Origin: Escherichia phage MIZ6
Length of the DNA: 64,000 bases
Strand: one strand, 5' to 3'
Sequence record: OR192075.1
Position 1 is the stretch's first letter. Every line of letters starts with the position of its first letter. Made by a program: the position numbers and the translations under genes. The notes under the pieces were generated by a model that was not told the DNA's origin, made no database searches, and worked only from the letters and a program-made list of their open reading frames with translations. This document shows positions 8,692 through 17,166 of this stretch, in pieces.

Positions 8692-8934
8692 TTAGAAATT
8701 TTTCGCTTCTTCTTCGGTCATCATCACCGCGCATTCGTGCATAACTTTGAAAACCGGGTCAATCATATCGAATGCTTCGCTGGACAGTTTACGAGAAGCG
8801 ATTTTGATTGCTTCAACGTCTTCTACTACAGGAACAAAAACAGTTTTCAGTTCGTCGAGCACGGCAGCTTCTTTTTCATTCAGGAAGATCCCAGCGTCGT
8901 ACAGTGCAACTTCGATAACATTAACTTTAACCAT
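8692..8934 (-). CDS. Hypothetical acidic protein (80 aa)
   Basis: SD GGAGGA; own promoter upstream. Confidence 0.45.
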   Translation of the reverse strand: MVKVNVIEVALYDAGIFLNEKEAAVLDELKTVFVPVVEDVEAIKIASRKLSSEAFDMIDPVFKVMHECAVMMTEEEAKNF

Positions 8935-8967
8935 TTTATTTCCTCCAGTTCGTTTCGGTATGGGAGT

Positions 8968-8996
8968 ATAATACTACCGATGACCTTTGGCGTCAA
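8968..8996 (-). promoter_or_regulatory. sigma70-like promoter (TTGACG-17-TATTAT)
   Basis: Minus-strand reading of cgtcaa and ataata; degenerate GGGAGTA palindrome. Confidence 0.35.
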
Positions 8997-9198
8997 CTGC
9001 TTTTTTATTATTTTCGTGAAAATTTTTCGTCGCCTCATGTGCTTTTCGCTGGGCTTCTTGTTGTGCTTGCTGGCGTGCTGCCTCTTGTGAAGCCATAACG
9101 GAAGCATTTGCAGCAGTTACAGCCGCTACCATCGCTGCGGTATTAGCATTTACAGTACATGCACTAGCCAGCAAAGCAATTGCAATCATTTTCTTCAT
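8974..9198 (-). CDS. Small secreted or lipoprotein-like protein (74 aa)
   Basis: N-terminal signal peptide MKKMIAIALLASAC with Cys; Ala/Gln-rich mature part. Confidence 0.4.
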   Translation of the reverse strand: MKKMIAIALLASACTVNANTAAMVAAVTAANASVMASQEAARQQAQQEAQRKAHEATKNFHENNKKAVDAKGHR

Positions 9199-9365
9199 AG
9201 TTTCCCCTTTAGGTTATCTTCGACCTTCACCCATTCCGCGTATTCTTGCGCGGCTACTTTCGGATTTAGTCCGTCTTCGTACATTGCTTCAAGTAATTCT
9301 TCGTCGGTGGGCTTATACCCTAGATAAGCCTCCACCTGATTTTTCCAAATTTTATACCAGTTCAT
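9195..9365 (-). CDS. Hypothetical protein (56 aa)
   Basis: Start moved to internal ATG (MNWYKIW) to remove overlap with upstream gene. Confidence 0.3.
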   Translation of the reverse strand: MNWYKIWKNQVEAYLGYKPTDEELLEAMYEDGLNPKVAAQEYAEWVKVEDNLKGKL

Positions 9366-9369
9366 ATTA

Positions 9370-9642
9370 TCACCAGTCAAGAGCGCGTGTCTCTGCGTCT
9401 TCCCATGCTTGATCCATAACAGCCTTGAAAACATATTCTAAAGTATCATCTTTAGAGAATCCGAAGACCTTAGACGGAATATCTTCAATTGCTACTCCCG
9501 CGACTTCTGCATTACGCGCTTGGCAATAATGCAACTCTAAGTTATCGAGATAGCGACCGCCTAATTTCTCCATATCATCCCAGCATTTCCAGTAACCTAC
9601 TTTATTTGCAATCGCTAACACCTTGCTGTTTTCGTTGTTCAT
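9370..9642 (-). CDS. Hypothetical protein (90 aa)
   Basis: Start moved to ATG (MNNENSK) with SD AAGGAG; promoter and terminator upstream. Confidence 0.4.
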   Translation of the reverse strand: MNNENSKVLAIANKVGYWKCWDDMEKLGGRYLDNLELHYCQARNAEVAGVAIEDIPSKVFGFSKDDTLEYVFKAVMDQAWEDAETRALDW

Positions 9643-9673
9643 CTTTGATTCTCCTTTTGTTTGGTATGTGTGT

Positions 9674-9702
9674 ATTATGCAATGATGGATTTGTGAAGTC
9701 AA
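9674..9702 (-). promoter_or_regulatory. sigma70-like promoter (TTGACT-17-CATAAT)
   Basis: Minus-strand reading of agtcaa and attatg. Confidence 0.35.
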
Positions 9703-9715
9703 CAACTTTTTAAAA

Positions 9716-9742
9716 TAAAAAAGCCGACCACACGGATCGGCT
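9716..9742 (-). terminator. Intrinsic terminator
   Basis: Hairpin agccgaccacacggatcggct; minus-strand RNA followed by U-run. Confidence 0.45.
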
Positions 9743-9752
9743 TAATAATCAG

Positions 9753-10145
9753 TTACTTACTAAATTTCTTTTTGGCTTCGTCTACCGCATGAGATGCCAG
9801 TACCGCAGCCGCATGTGCACTTTTATCTGTGTTGCAGAGAACACCCAGATAAACATCACGCCAAAGTTTAATCATCTCGTAGATCATATCAATATCATTT
9901 TCTTGTTTGTTGGCGATGCTATTCGTCGTTATCTGGTAAGGTAACGGCTTAATCTGTACTGGTTCCGCCATCGGGCTAAACGGTTTCGGATCAGTCATCG
10001 GATTAATTGATGGCGATGTTTTCCATACGTCATTATTCCACGGTTTAACGGTTGTACCGTATATTTTATAAGGATTTTTGTCTGGATCAACCATCCATGC
10101 ATGATGGATACCTAAACCATTTGAAGTGATGCGTCGTTCAGTCAT
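9753..10145 (-). CDS. Hypothetical protein (130 aa)
   Basis: ATG with SD GAGGGGG. Confidence 0.45.
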   Translation of the reverse strand: MTERRITSNGLGIHHAWMVDPDKNPYKIYGTTVKPWNNDVWKTSPSINPMTDPKPFSPMAEPVQIKPLPYQITTNSIANKQENDIDMIYEMIKLWRDVYLGVLCNTDKSAHAAAVLASHAVDEAKKKFSK

Positions 10146-10344
10146 GTTTTACCCCCTCTGATAATTCTTTCATCAAGCTGTCGATCTTTGCTCTGTGTTC
10201 TGGCGTGTTTGTCATCTCTGCTAATTTGCTCAGAGATTCACTGGTGATCCGGTTGGATTCTTCCAGTGTTTCAACGACAATTGGCACAATCTTTTTATTG
10301 TTGTACAGAAATGCAATATAACCGCCTTCTGGATATTCTTTCAT
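10138..10344 (-). CDS. Hypothetical protein (~68 aa)
   Basis: Track start is TTG; moved to ATG (MKEYPEGG). Confidence 0.4.
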   Translation of the reverse strand: MKEYPEGGYIAFLYNNKKIVPIVVETLEESNRITSESLSKLAEMTNTPEHRAKIDSLMKELSEGVKHD

Positions 10345-10346
10345 AA

Positions 10347-11711
10347 TCAACCCTTCTTAAGTTCTTTAAGATCTTTCTTATATTCCTTCATTGCGGTCGT
10401 CTTTGTCCAATACTCATATTCACTATGATGTTTCTCGGCATCTTTGACCAGTCGATCATACTCTTCTTGAGTAACGCTATACAATGGCATAGAAACTAGC
10501 TTATCGGCGTATGGACGCAGTTTTTCATGTCCATTGATGGATTGCATTACATCGGCCTTTTTCTTTCCCTGTAGCTCGATTTCGCCATTAATTACGAGAT
10601 CGATAAATTCGGCTTTAGCCATTGCATAATTGTATGCTTCCAGCGTTTCCGCTTGCATCAATTCAATGCGTTTATCGACATACCCTAATCGGATTTCGAC
10701 GAATCGACGGATCAGATCGCTCGCTTTCTCGAATACTTCTACTAAACCACGTTCATTAACCACTACGATATTCTGGGCTACTAACTGTGTTAGTTTAAAA
10801 TCCTTCATGATTTGCTCATGTCGAGCGGATTCATCTTCGCTTTTGAAATAATCGCGTTTCAGTGTTACTTCAAATCTGAATCCATCCTTAGAGCAACGGT
10901 CATTATATGAGACAATCAGATCTTTTTCTTCCAGTGCATCCAGTACCGCTACATATTCTTCACGGTCGAACTTATAAGGGACTTCTGATATTGTCAGCTT
11001 AGTCTTGCCGTTTAGTTCATATGTACCCTCAAGAATCACACCATCGCGATCATCTCGCGGGATAACTTTACCCGTGAATTTCGGGAATTGAACACTAGGT
11101 TCTTTATCCAGTTTTCCGGCAAGTGCTAGCTCTGTGCATTCAATGAGGCTTTCCAGTGAATGCGGTAAAATGTCAGTTTTATACCCTGTAGCAATACCAC
11201 TAATACCATTAGCCAATACCATTGGCACAACTGGCAAGTAGAACGCTGGCGGGATGTGTTCCAGATCTTCGTGCTTAGGTGCGCAATTCATATCTTTATA
11301 GATTTTAAAGAAGTTTTCATGCACGCGAGCAAAGATATAACGTGCCGCACCTGCTTTCTGGACTAAACGCGATCCGAAGTTACCTTGACCGTCAAGCAGT
11401 GGAGTATTATTGCTCCATGTATTCGCCATAAGTGATCCGGCTTCTACGGCATTAGTTTCCCCGTGGTGATAACCCAACTCGGCAACACCAGATCCAATAT
11501 CTGCCATCTTACGGAATTTCTTACGGTCGCCTTTACTCTTTTGCAAAGCACATTCCATAACAAAGCGTTGCACTGGTTTAAGCCCATCCACTAATTGAGG
11601 AATCCCGCGTTCCTCGGCAGAATAGATCGCATATTCCTTAGCTTCATTATGTACAATGCTTTCAAGGCTGCGGTAAGTAAATGTGTTTACAATTTGACTA
11701 ATTTTATCCAT
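10347..11711 (-). CDS. 52: DNA topoisomerase II medium subunit (GyrA-like)
   Basis: Strong similarity to T4 gp52 (DGLKPVQRFV, GYHHGE, LLDGQGNFGSR); track GTG start replaced by ATG (MDKIS) with SD GAGGTG. Confidence 0.9.
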   Translation of the reverse strand: MDKISQIVNTFTYRSLESIVHNEAKEYAIYSAEERGIPQLVDGLKPVQRFVMECALQKSKGDRKKFRKMADIGSGVAELGYHHGETNAVEAGSLMANTWSNNTPLLDGQGNFGSRLVQKAGAARYIFARVHENFFKIYKDMNCAPKHEDLEHIPPAFYLPVVPMVLANGISGIATGYKTDILPHSLESLIECTELALAGKLDKEPSVQFPKFTGKVIPRDDRDGVILEGTYELNGKTKLTISEVPYKFDREEYVAVLDALEEKDLIVSYNDRCSKDGFRFEVTLKRDYFKSEDESARHEQIMKDFKLTQLVAQNIVVVNERGLVEVFEKASDLIRRFVEIRLGYVDKRIELMQAETLEAYNYAMAKAEFIDLVINGEIELQGKKKADVMQSINGHEKLRPYADKLVSMPLYSVTQEEYDRLVKDAEKHHSEYEYWTKTTAMKEYKKDLKELKKG

Positions 11712-11718
11712 CTTCACC

Positions 11719-12081
11719 TCATACACGCTTACAAATCACATTCTTTACTTTATCAGATTTATCAGCCCAATCCAATAGCCATTTTAACGGAAGGATTGAC
11801 ACAATAAACGGGGCAGCAATCAAAGCAAACATGATACACCTGATAATCAGGAAAACGCAAGTGACAAAACTAGCGATAGTGATCCCGACAAAACAAAATA
11901 CCATAGAAAACAGAGTAATGATATAGAAAGGCCAGAATACCCACTCCCGCATCTTAACGCCTTTGTATTCTCTGAATTGCTTAAAATCTACAAACAACTC
12001 TCGGATAGACGCGTACAGGACCGAAAAATCATCTTTCATTGCTCTGAATGAGCAATCTTCTATTTTAGAATGACCTAGCAT
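11719..12081 (-). CDS. Hypothetical membrane protein (120 aa)
   Basis: Two or three hydrophobic helices; ATG start. Confidence 0.4.
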   Translation of the reverse strand: MLGHSKIEDCSFRAMKDDFSVLYASIRELFVDFKQFREYKGVKMREWVFWPFYIITLFSMVFCFVGITIASFVTCVFLIIRCIMFALIAAPFIVSILPLKWLLDWADKSDKVKNVICKRV

Positions 12082-12083
12082 TA

Positions 12084-12377
12084 TTAACCGCCTTTCATCA
12101 TTGATACTGGAATTGTTTTCTGATTTGTGTATAACTGGCCTACTTCAATTTTTTCTTGAATCACCACGACGTTACAATATCCACTGTCTTTAAGTTTTCT
12201 GATAATAACTCGCTTTTGTTCGTCGGTGATAGGATTGACTGTTCTCACCAATTCACCGCAAATAATAGCACCATCTTTACAATTACCAGTAACTTTCATG
12301 CTACGACCGTGAACAACAACCACATCACCGTAAATCACATTTTCGTCGTCGTATTTGGTAATAACCGTGACCGTCAT
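12084..12377 (-). CDS. Hypothetical protein (97 aa)
   Basis: ATG with SD AGAGGGAA. Confidence 0.4.
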   Translation of the reverse strand: MTVTVITKYDDENVIYGDVVVVHGRSMKVTGNCKDGAIICGELVRTVNPITDEQKRVIIRKLKDSGYCNVVVIQEKIEVGQLYTNQKTIPVSMMKGG

Positions 12378-12387
12378 AATGTATTCC

Positions 12388-12415
12388 CTCTAAGAAAGGC
12401 CGCGCAAAGCGGCCT
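12388..12415 (-). terminator. Putative terminator or leader hairpin
   Basis: Hairpin aggccgcgcaaagcggcct with U-rich tail on minus strand, overlapping downstream SD. Confidence 0.35.
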
Positions 12416-12422
12416 ATGTTGA

Positions 12423-12749
12423 TTATTGTTCTACAGTATAGCCGTTGTTTTCAAGCCATGCAATAACAATCTTTTCGCCAATTTCATCGAGCATTTCATC
12501 AGCGCCATATTCTTTAATGAAAGTCGATGGATCATTATTGCTTACTACGTGCTGGATCACAACATGTTCAGGAATTGCGTCTAGCAGTTCGCTATGATCA
12601 TACTCATTAACGATATCTTCAACACTAACATTATTAACCAAATCAACATCATCCATAGTCACAGTAACGCGACCGGACGGACGCAATGAATATTGGCTAC
12701 TTTCAACTTCAACATGTGCACTTTCGCAAGTAACTTTCATATCAACCAT
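12423..12749 (-). CDS. Hypothetical acidic protein (108 aa)
   Basis: ATG with SD GAGGAA. Confidence 0.4.
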   Translation of the reverse strand: MVDMKVTCESAHVEVESSQYSLRPSGRVTVTMDDVDLVNNVSVEDIVNEYDHSELLDAIPEHVVIQHVVSNNDPSTFIKEYGADEMLDEIGEKIVIAWLENNGYTVEQ

Positions 12750-12763
12750 AATTAATTCCTCTG

Positions 12764-13765
12764 TTAGTAATGGCTAAAACCTTCGGTTACATCTTCAACC
12801 ACATAGTAACGATGACAGCGCATTTTGGCATTCGCATAATCTTTCGGGATACTTACAACGTGACGCGGATCAACTTTACATTTAATGATTCGGCCTCGTC
12901 CACCGCCATAGTGCGGAATATAGTGTTTCGCTGCAACGTGGAGTCCATTAGAGCAAGTGCGATCATCATCTGGGTCCACGTCTTTACGCTTCATTTTAAC
13001 CGTGCGCCCTGGGCTATTATCAAACGTATGCGTAAAGAAATCTTTATAATCAACATCAACACGTTTCCATGCATAGAAACAACCATCTTCCCCGATCTCA
13101 ATGTCGTTGTGCTCTAAGAAGTCAAATAGACGATCTACCGCCTTACGGCTAGGGTTTTTCTTGCACTTCTCAAAGAAGTTCAGATAGTGCGTATATGGCT
13201 TATTCTCTTTAATCGACTCCACAACTCGACGAGTCAGATTATTATCAAGAACAATATTATGATAATACACAATACCATTTTCGATACGGAAAGCGCCGTG
13301 ATAATATACTTCAACCGCTTTCTTAATGTCAATCAGCGTAATAGCTTTGATGAAATCATTATGTTTAATCGCTTCCAGTGCTTCATTAAAGTTAACATGC
13401 GACGGATCAGCAGTATAAACAATGTCACCACATGTAATAGTAATAAACTTAGTTGAGGCTATTGCTACGATTTTTGAGGAAGTAGTCACGGGCTTTTTTG
13501 CGCGTTCACCTCCTTTTCCTTTACTGGTTTTACGGCGTGCTTTACGTTTTTCTAGTGCCTTGCGACCTTCCGCTACTGCGTCTTTCTGAATCAGTAATAC
13601 ACGGGAAGCAGTACGACGAGATACCCCAAATGCTGCCGCAAGTGCTTCGCGGGTAGTAAACTTACCTTCGCCCCACTGTTTAGCCAGTTTGATTTGTTTT
13701 TCAGAATCCAGGCATTGAACGTTACGGTCAGAGACGGTGATTTTTGCTTTAGTCATAGTATTCAT
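12764..13765 (-). CDS. rIIB: rIIB protein
   Basis: 333 aa; strong similarity to T4 rIIB (SRLFDFL..NDIEI.EDG.FYAWK, TFDNSPG, MRCHRYYVVEDVTE). Confidence 0.9.
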   Translation of the reverse strand: MNTMTKAKITVSDRNVQCLDSEKQIKLAKQWGEGKFTTREALAAAFGVSRRTASRVLLIQKDAVAEGRKALEKRKARRKTSKGKGGERAKKPVTTSSKIVAIASTKFITITCGDIVYTADPSHVNFNEALEAIKHNDFIKAITLIDIKKAVEVYYHGAFRIENGIVYYHNIVLDNNLTRRVVESIKENKPYTHYLNFFEKCKKNPSRKAVDRLFDFLEHNDIEIGEDGCFYAWKRVDVDYKDFFTHTFDNSPGRTVKMKRKDVDPDDDRTCSNGLHVAAKHYIPHYGGGRGRIIKCKVDPRHVVSIPKDYANAKMRCHRYYVVEDVTEGFSHY

Positions 13766-13818
13766 TCCTCTATTAGTTGGGCGACTATCGCCGCCCGATT
13801 CACATCATTATACCAGAA

Positions 13819-13950
13819 TTATTTTGCTTCTACAACCTTGCGGATTGTGCGGTCTGATACATTATAGATTCGTGCCAGTTCGCCTTTAGTCAAGCCGCGA
13901 GCGTATTGTTTACGGATGGTTTCTTTCTGGATAGCGGTCAGTTTAGTCAT
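13819..13950 (-). CDS. Small helix-turn-helix protein (43 aa) between rIIB and rIIA
   Basis: Hand-translated MTKLTAIQKETIRKQYARGLTKGELARIYNVSDRTIRKVVEAK; SD GAGGTG 5 nt before ATG; below 60-aa track cutoff. Confidence 0.4.
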   Translation of the reverse strand: MTKLTAIQKETIRKQYARGLTKGELARIYNVSDRTIRKVVEAK

Positions 13951-13961
13951 AATATCACCTC

Positions 13962-16070
13962 TTAAAATTTAACATTCTTAACCAGTTTCATAAAGTCTTG
14001 TGCGCGTTTGTCGTTATGCAGAATACGATACCAGTTATCTACAATATCATACAGTAACGGGCTATTCTCTTTAAACTTAGCACAAACTGCTTTAATTCGT
14101 TCGTTTGCTGCCGTGAATTTTTCATCACAGATCTTTTTAGTTTCTTCGTCCATAATCCAACGAGTACGAAGGAGTAACTTGGAAACCTCTTTATTATAAT
14201 GACGACCGTACAGTCTGTCAATAAATTCTGGAACACAGCGTTCTAATTCATCGTCATGATACAACATAGTGATCACACCCAGATATTCGCCATACCCCAG
14301 ATGATTGGTCTTAACCTTCTTAGCCAGACCAGCCAGCTTACCGCGAACAAATTCTAGCGCACATTCCAATTGTTCGTCAACGAGATATTTTTGTGTCTCG
14401 TTTCGAGTAATAATATACTTTGTTACCCCGAAGTAGTCAAGCGCCGTGTGTAATGTATTTTCATTATAGATCGATTGACGGCTACGGCTTTCGAATGCAT
14501 CACCTACGCGGAACATGTGCAAGCCTGATAACTCGCGAATCTCTGCCGCTTTCATGTGATGGCTGGTTTTATGCCAACTGTCACCAATCTTTTCCATGAT
14601 ATACACGTTAGGCAGCTTGGGAGTAGCTTCACGTTGTGTACGCTCGGTCTTCTCCGGCTTAACTGCTTTAGCACGCAGATCATCGGCCTCTGATACCTTA
14701 ATCACGGTCATTTCAGATTCATCATAATACTGTTTGATGTACTCGAAAGTCTCCATATGTTTTTCGTTGCGCTGACGGAACACCAGTACCTTTTTATTAA
14801 TGCCGTATTCCTGGACCATGCCGTTAAGAGTCAGTGCACGCAGTTTCGGTTTATCGGTATCATCAATAAGACACGTAATATCTTCTTTATGCATCCATAC
14901 AAAATGCGTAATATTGTATTGACTGCTAACGAAAGCAGGTCGCAATTTGCTGATTGTGTGTCGATGATGATACAGAGTATACACCTGACCTTCTACGTCA
15001 TTAGGCGAATCTTTACCCGCATTCACAAACTTATTATAGATTGCTACCGGATCATCCCACTGTCCGATCTTACCCATCTTGCTAATAATATTGCGTTGCG
15101 TCGATGAATACTCGCTCATAAATTGCGCAAGTTTACGCTCTGTTTTAATGTTGGCGATCTTCTCTTTAACCTTTTCCAACATCATTTCATTGATTTCTGC
15201 AATGCGTTTTTCGATGTTCGCTTTAGTCTCAATTGACAAGTGAACTTCTTCACGCGATGGCATCAGGTCCAAATCACCCAACTCAAAATTAATGTAAATG
15301 GTCTGGTGCTGGCGGTTTACAGCTTCTAACCATGTTCCGCGAACATATTCATACGGGATCGGATACTGGATCTTACCCATGATTGCATATACTACATAGG
15401 AATCGTTATCACGCCCATTACAAACATAATAATTATCAAAGCTAGGGAAATAATTAATTTCGATTGCATTGATATTAGGTTTGTGTTCACCAAAATGACG
15501 CAGTACAAACTGTGCTTCTCGATGCCATGTCTGAATGTCTTTTTCTTTCACCGGAATAGTGATTTTCAGACCATTGTCTTCATAGGTCGGTTCGTCGAAA
15601 ATCTGCACCATTTTCGGCATAGAGTTTTGCACAAATGCCGTAAAGCCATAAGCGCGACCATTGTAGTAGTTTACGATTGTAAAGGTGTCGGTGTAGCTAT
15701 AAGCAGATTTCGCACCCAAACCAAAAGATCCGATATAATCATTAGTTTGGTCTTTTGTTGATTCAAAGTAAACCGTAAACAGTTGTTCTAATTCTTTCTT
15801 AGACGGAATACCAGTACCATAATCACGCACAGAAAAATACGGTTCGATTGCAGTTGGTAAATGAATATCAAACGGACGATCTAAGGTTCCGGCTTCTTTG
15901 TGAGTGTCGGTAGCATTGCACGAATACTCACGGACACAAGCACGTTCACAATATTGATAAGTGTTCTTAGAAAGCACCATAAAAGCCTTGCTACTTGCTT
16001 TCAGTGAAAAATCAACCGCACCGCTCAAGTCACTGCCAAATACTTCTTCATTATCAATATGCATTTTCAT
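13962..16070 (-). CDS. rIIA: rIIA protein
   Basis: 702 aa, adjacent to rIIB as in T4; size close to T4 rIIA (725 aa); ATG with conserved GAGGATTATATT initiation region. Confidence 0.85.
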   Translation of the reverse strand: MKMHIDNEEVFGSDLSGAVDFSLKASSKAFMVLSKNTYQYCERACVREYSCNATDTHKEAGTLDRPFDIHLPTAIEPYFSVRDYGTGIPSKKELEQLFTVYFESTKDQTNDYIGSFGLGAKSAYSYTDTFTIVNYYNGRAYGFTAFVQNSMPKMVQIFDEPTYEDNGLKITIPVKEKDIQTWHREAQFVLRHFGEHKPNINAIEINYFPSFDNYYVCNGRDNDSYVVYAIMGKIQYPIPYEYVRGTWLEAVNRQHQTIYINFELGDLDLMPSREEVHLSIETKANIEKRIAEINEMMLEKVKEKIANIKTERKLAQFMSEYSSTQRNIISKMGKIGQWDDPVAIYNKFVNAGKDSPNDVEGQVYTLYHHRHTISKLRPAFVSSQYNITHFVWMHKEDITCLIDDTDKPKLRALTLNGMVQEYGINKKVLVFRQRNEKHMETFEYIKQYYDESEMTVIKVSEADDLRAKAVKPEKTERTQREATPKLPNVYIMEKIGDSWHKTSHHMKAAEIRELSGLHMFRVGDAFESRSRQSIYNENTLHTALDYFGVTKYIITRNETQKYLVDEQLECALEFVRGKLAGLAKKVKTNHLGYGEYLGVITMLYHDDELERCVPEFIDRLYGRHYNKEVSKLLLRTRWIMDEETKKICDEKFTAANERIKAVCAKFKENSPLLYDIVDNWYRILHNDKRAQDFMKLVKNVKF

Positions 16071-16084
16071 AATATAATCCTCAC

Positions 16085-16342
16085 TTAATTAAAATCTTCT
16101 TTGTCCATCTCTGCGTAGATTACATCCCACGCCCATAAATCAATAAACGCATTATATGTCACGGTGCAATCGTTGTCAATCACTTCTTTCGCATATTTCT
16201 TGATGTTTTCGTAGGAAACTTGCGGGTCAATTTTGTGTTTACGAAGGTGCGCATATTCATATCTCAGACATTTCATAAATAGGTCCATCGATTTCTTTTC
16301 TCGATGACACTTGGCGATCATAAAATCAAAACTTCGACTCAT
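16085..16342 (-). CDS. Hypothetical protein (85 aa)
   Basis: Track ORF. Confidence 0.4.
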   Translation of the reverse strand: MSRSFDFMIAKCHREKKSMDLFMKCLRYEYAHLRKHKIDPQVSYENIKKYAKEVIDNDCTVTYNAFIDLWAWDVIYAEMDKEDFN

Positions 16343-16353
16343 TTTTCTACTCC

Positions 16354-16548
16354 TTATACATTTTCAATTACCCATTGCAGATGGGCTTCTGCGTCAACCA
16401 GTTCAGCGCGGCTTTTCTCTAAGCACTTGCTGTATTCTTTACGTTCCCACTCGGCAATTTCGTTTTTCAGGACTTCTTCATAGTAAGCAATTACGCCTTT
16501 CAGGTCTGAAACTTTACGGCTTGCCAATTCGATGTAATGGTTACGCAT
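16354..16548 (-). CDS. Hypothetical protein (64 aa)
   Basis: Track ORF. Confidence 0.35.
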   Translation of the reverse strand: MRNHYIELASRKVSDLKGVIAYYEEVLKNEIAEWERKEYSKCLEKSRAELVDAEAHLQWVIENV

Positions 16549-16735
16549 TTTGATTCTCCTTTGTTACTAGATAACGAATTTGGTCTTGCATTGCGATCAG
16601 TTCCCAGCGTGCTACTTTCATCATGGAAACTGACTCTTTGAACATAATATTAGCTTTTTCCTTCTCCCCTGTCAAGTAGATTTCTGCAATTTTTTCACAA
16701 AATTTTTGAGTTTCTTCATTCTTAAACGGTTTCAT
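16541..16735 (-). CDS. Hypothetical protein (64 aa)
   Basis: Track TTG start replaced by ATG (MKPFKNEE). Confidence 0.4.
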   Translation of the reverse strand: MKPFKNEETQKFCEKIAEIYLTGEKEKANIMFKESVSMMKVARWELIAMQDQIRYLVTKENQNA

Positions 16736-16765
16736 ATAAGTCAACCTTTTGTTTTCGATGGGGAC

Positions 16766-16794
16766 ATTATGATATATCCCCGATCCAGTGTCAA
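16766..16794 (-). promoter_or_regulatory. sigma70-like promoter (TTGACA-17-CATAAT) with GGGGA..TCCCC palindrome and one GATC in spacer
   Basis: Minus-strand reading of tgtcaa (16789-16794) and attatg (16766-16771). Confidence 0.35.
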
Positions 16795-16801
16795 CAGATT
16801 T

Positions 16802-17101
16802 TTAATCTTTTTTCAGTGCATCCATTACTCGCTCTGCGATCAGTTCTCGTAAGCACTGATAACCATGATATTTGATGGCAATGTCACGCAGATCATTAAC
16901 CAGTTCCCGTACTTCATGGTCTTTCAGATCGTCTCTGTATTTCGATTTAACCGTGTCTTTAGGTGGATTGCGGATAACCTGAAAACCTTGTTCTGCAATC
17001 ACTGCGGCTTCGCGCTGGCGTTCATGTTGTACTGTATTTTTGATCAGGTCTGCTTCCATGAACTTTGCCATACTCATCATCATGTTATTCTTTTTGCTCA
17101 T
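16802..17101 (-). CDS. Hypothetical protein (~99 aa)
   Basis: Start moved to ATG (MSKKNN) with SD GAGGA; longer track ORF would swallow the promoter. Confidence 0.4.
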   Translation of the reverse strand: MSKKNNMMMSMAKFMEADLIKNTVQHERQREAAVIAEQGFQVIRNPPKDTVKSKYRDDLKDHEVRELVNDLRDIAIKYHGYQCLRELIAERVMDALKKD

Positions 17102-17135
17102 TATTAAATCCTCATAAAAGAAAAGGGAGACTCCC

Positions 17136-17163
17136 ATTATAGAGAATCTCCCTTGTATGTCAA
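17136..17163 (-). promoter_or_regulatory. sigma70-like promoter (TTGACA-16-TATAAT) followed by GGGAGtCTCCC hairpin plus U-run
   Basis: Sits directly after the gp39 stop codon. Confidence 0.4.
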
Positions 17164-17166
17164 GTG

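Noticed and set aside
8377-9090. Plus-strand ORFs in the six-frame track that overlap minus-strand genes (for example 8377..9090, 12770..13117, 14757..15107, 41561..42073, 52406..52915, 54216..54587)
   Set aside because: They lie antisense to well-supported minus-strand genes, lack Shine-Dalgarno sequences, and have low-complexity or unusual composition; treated as shadow ORFs.
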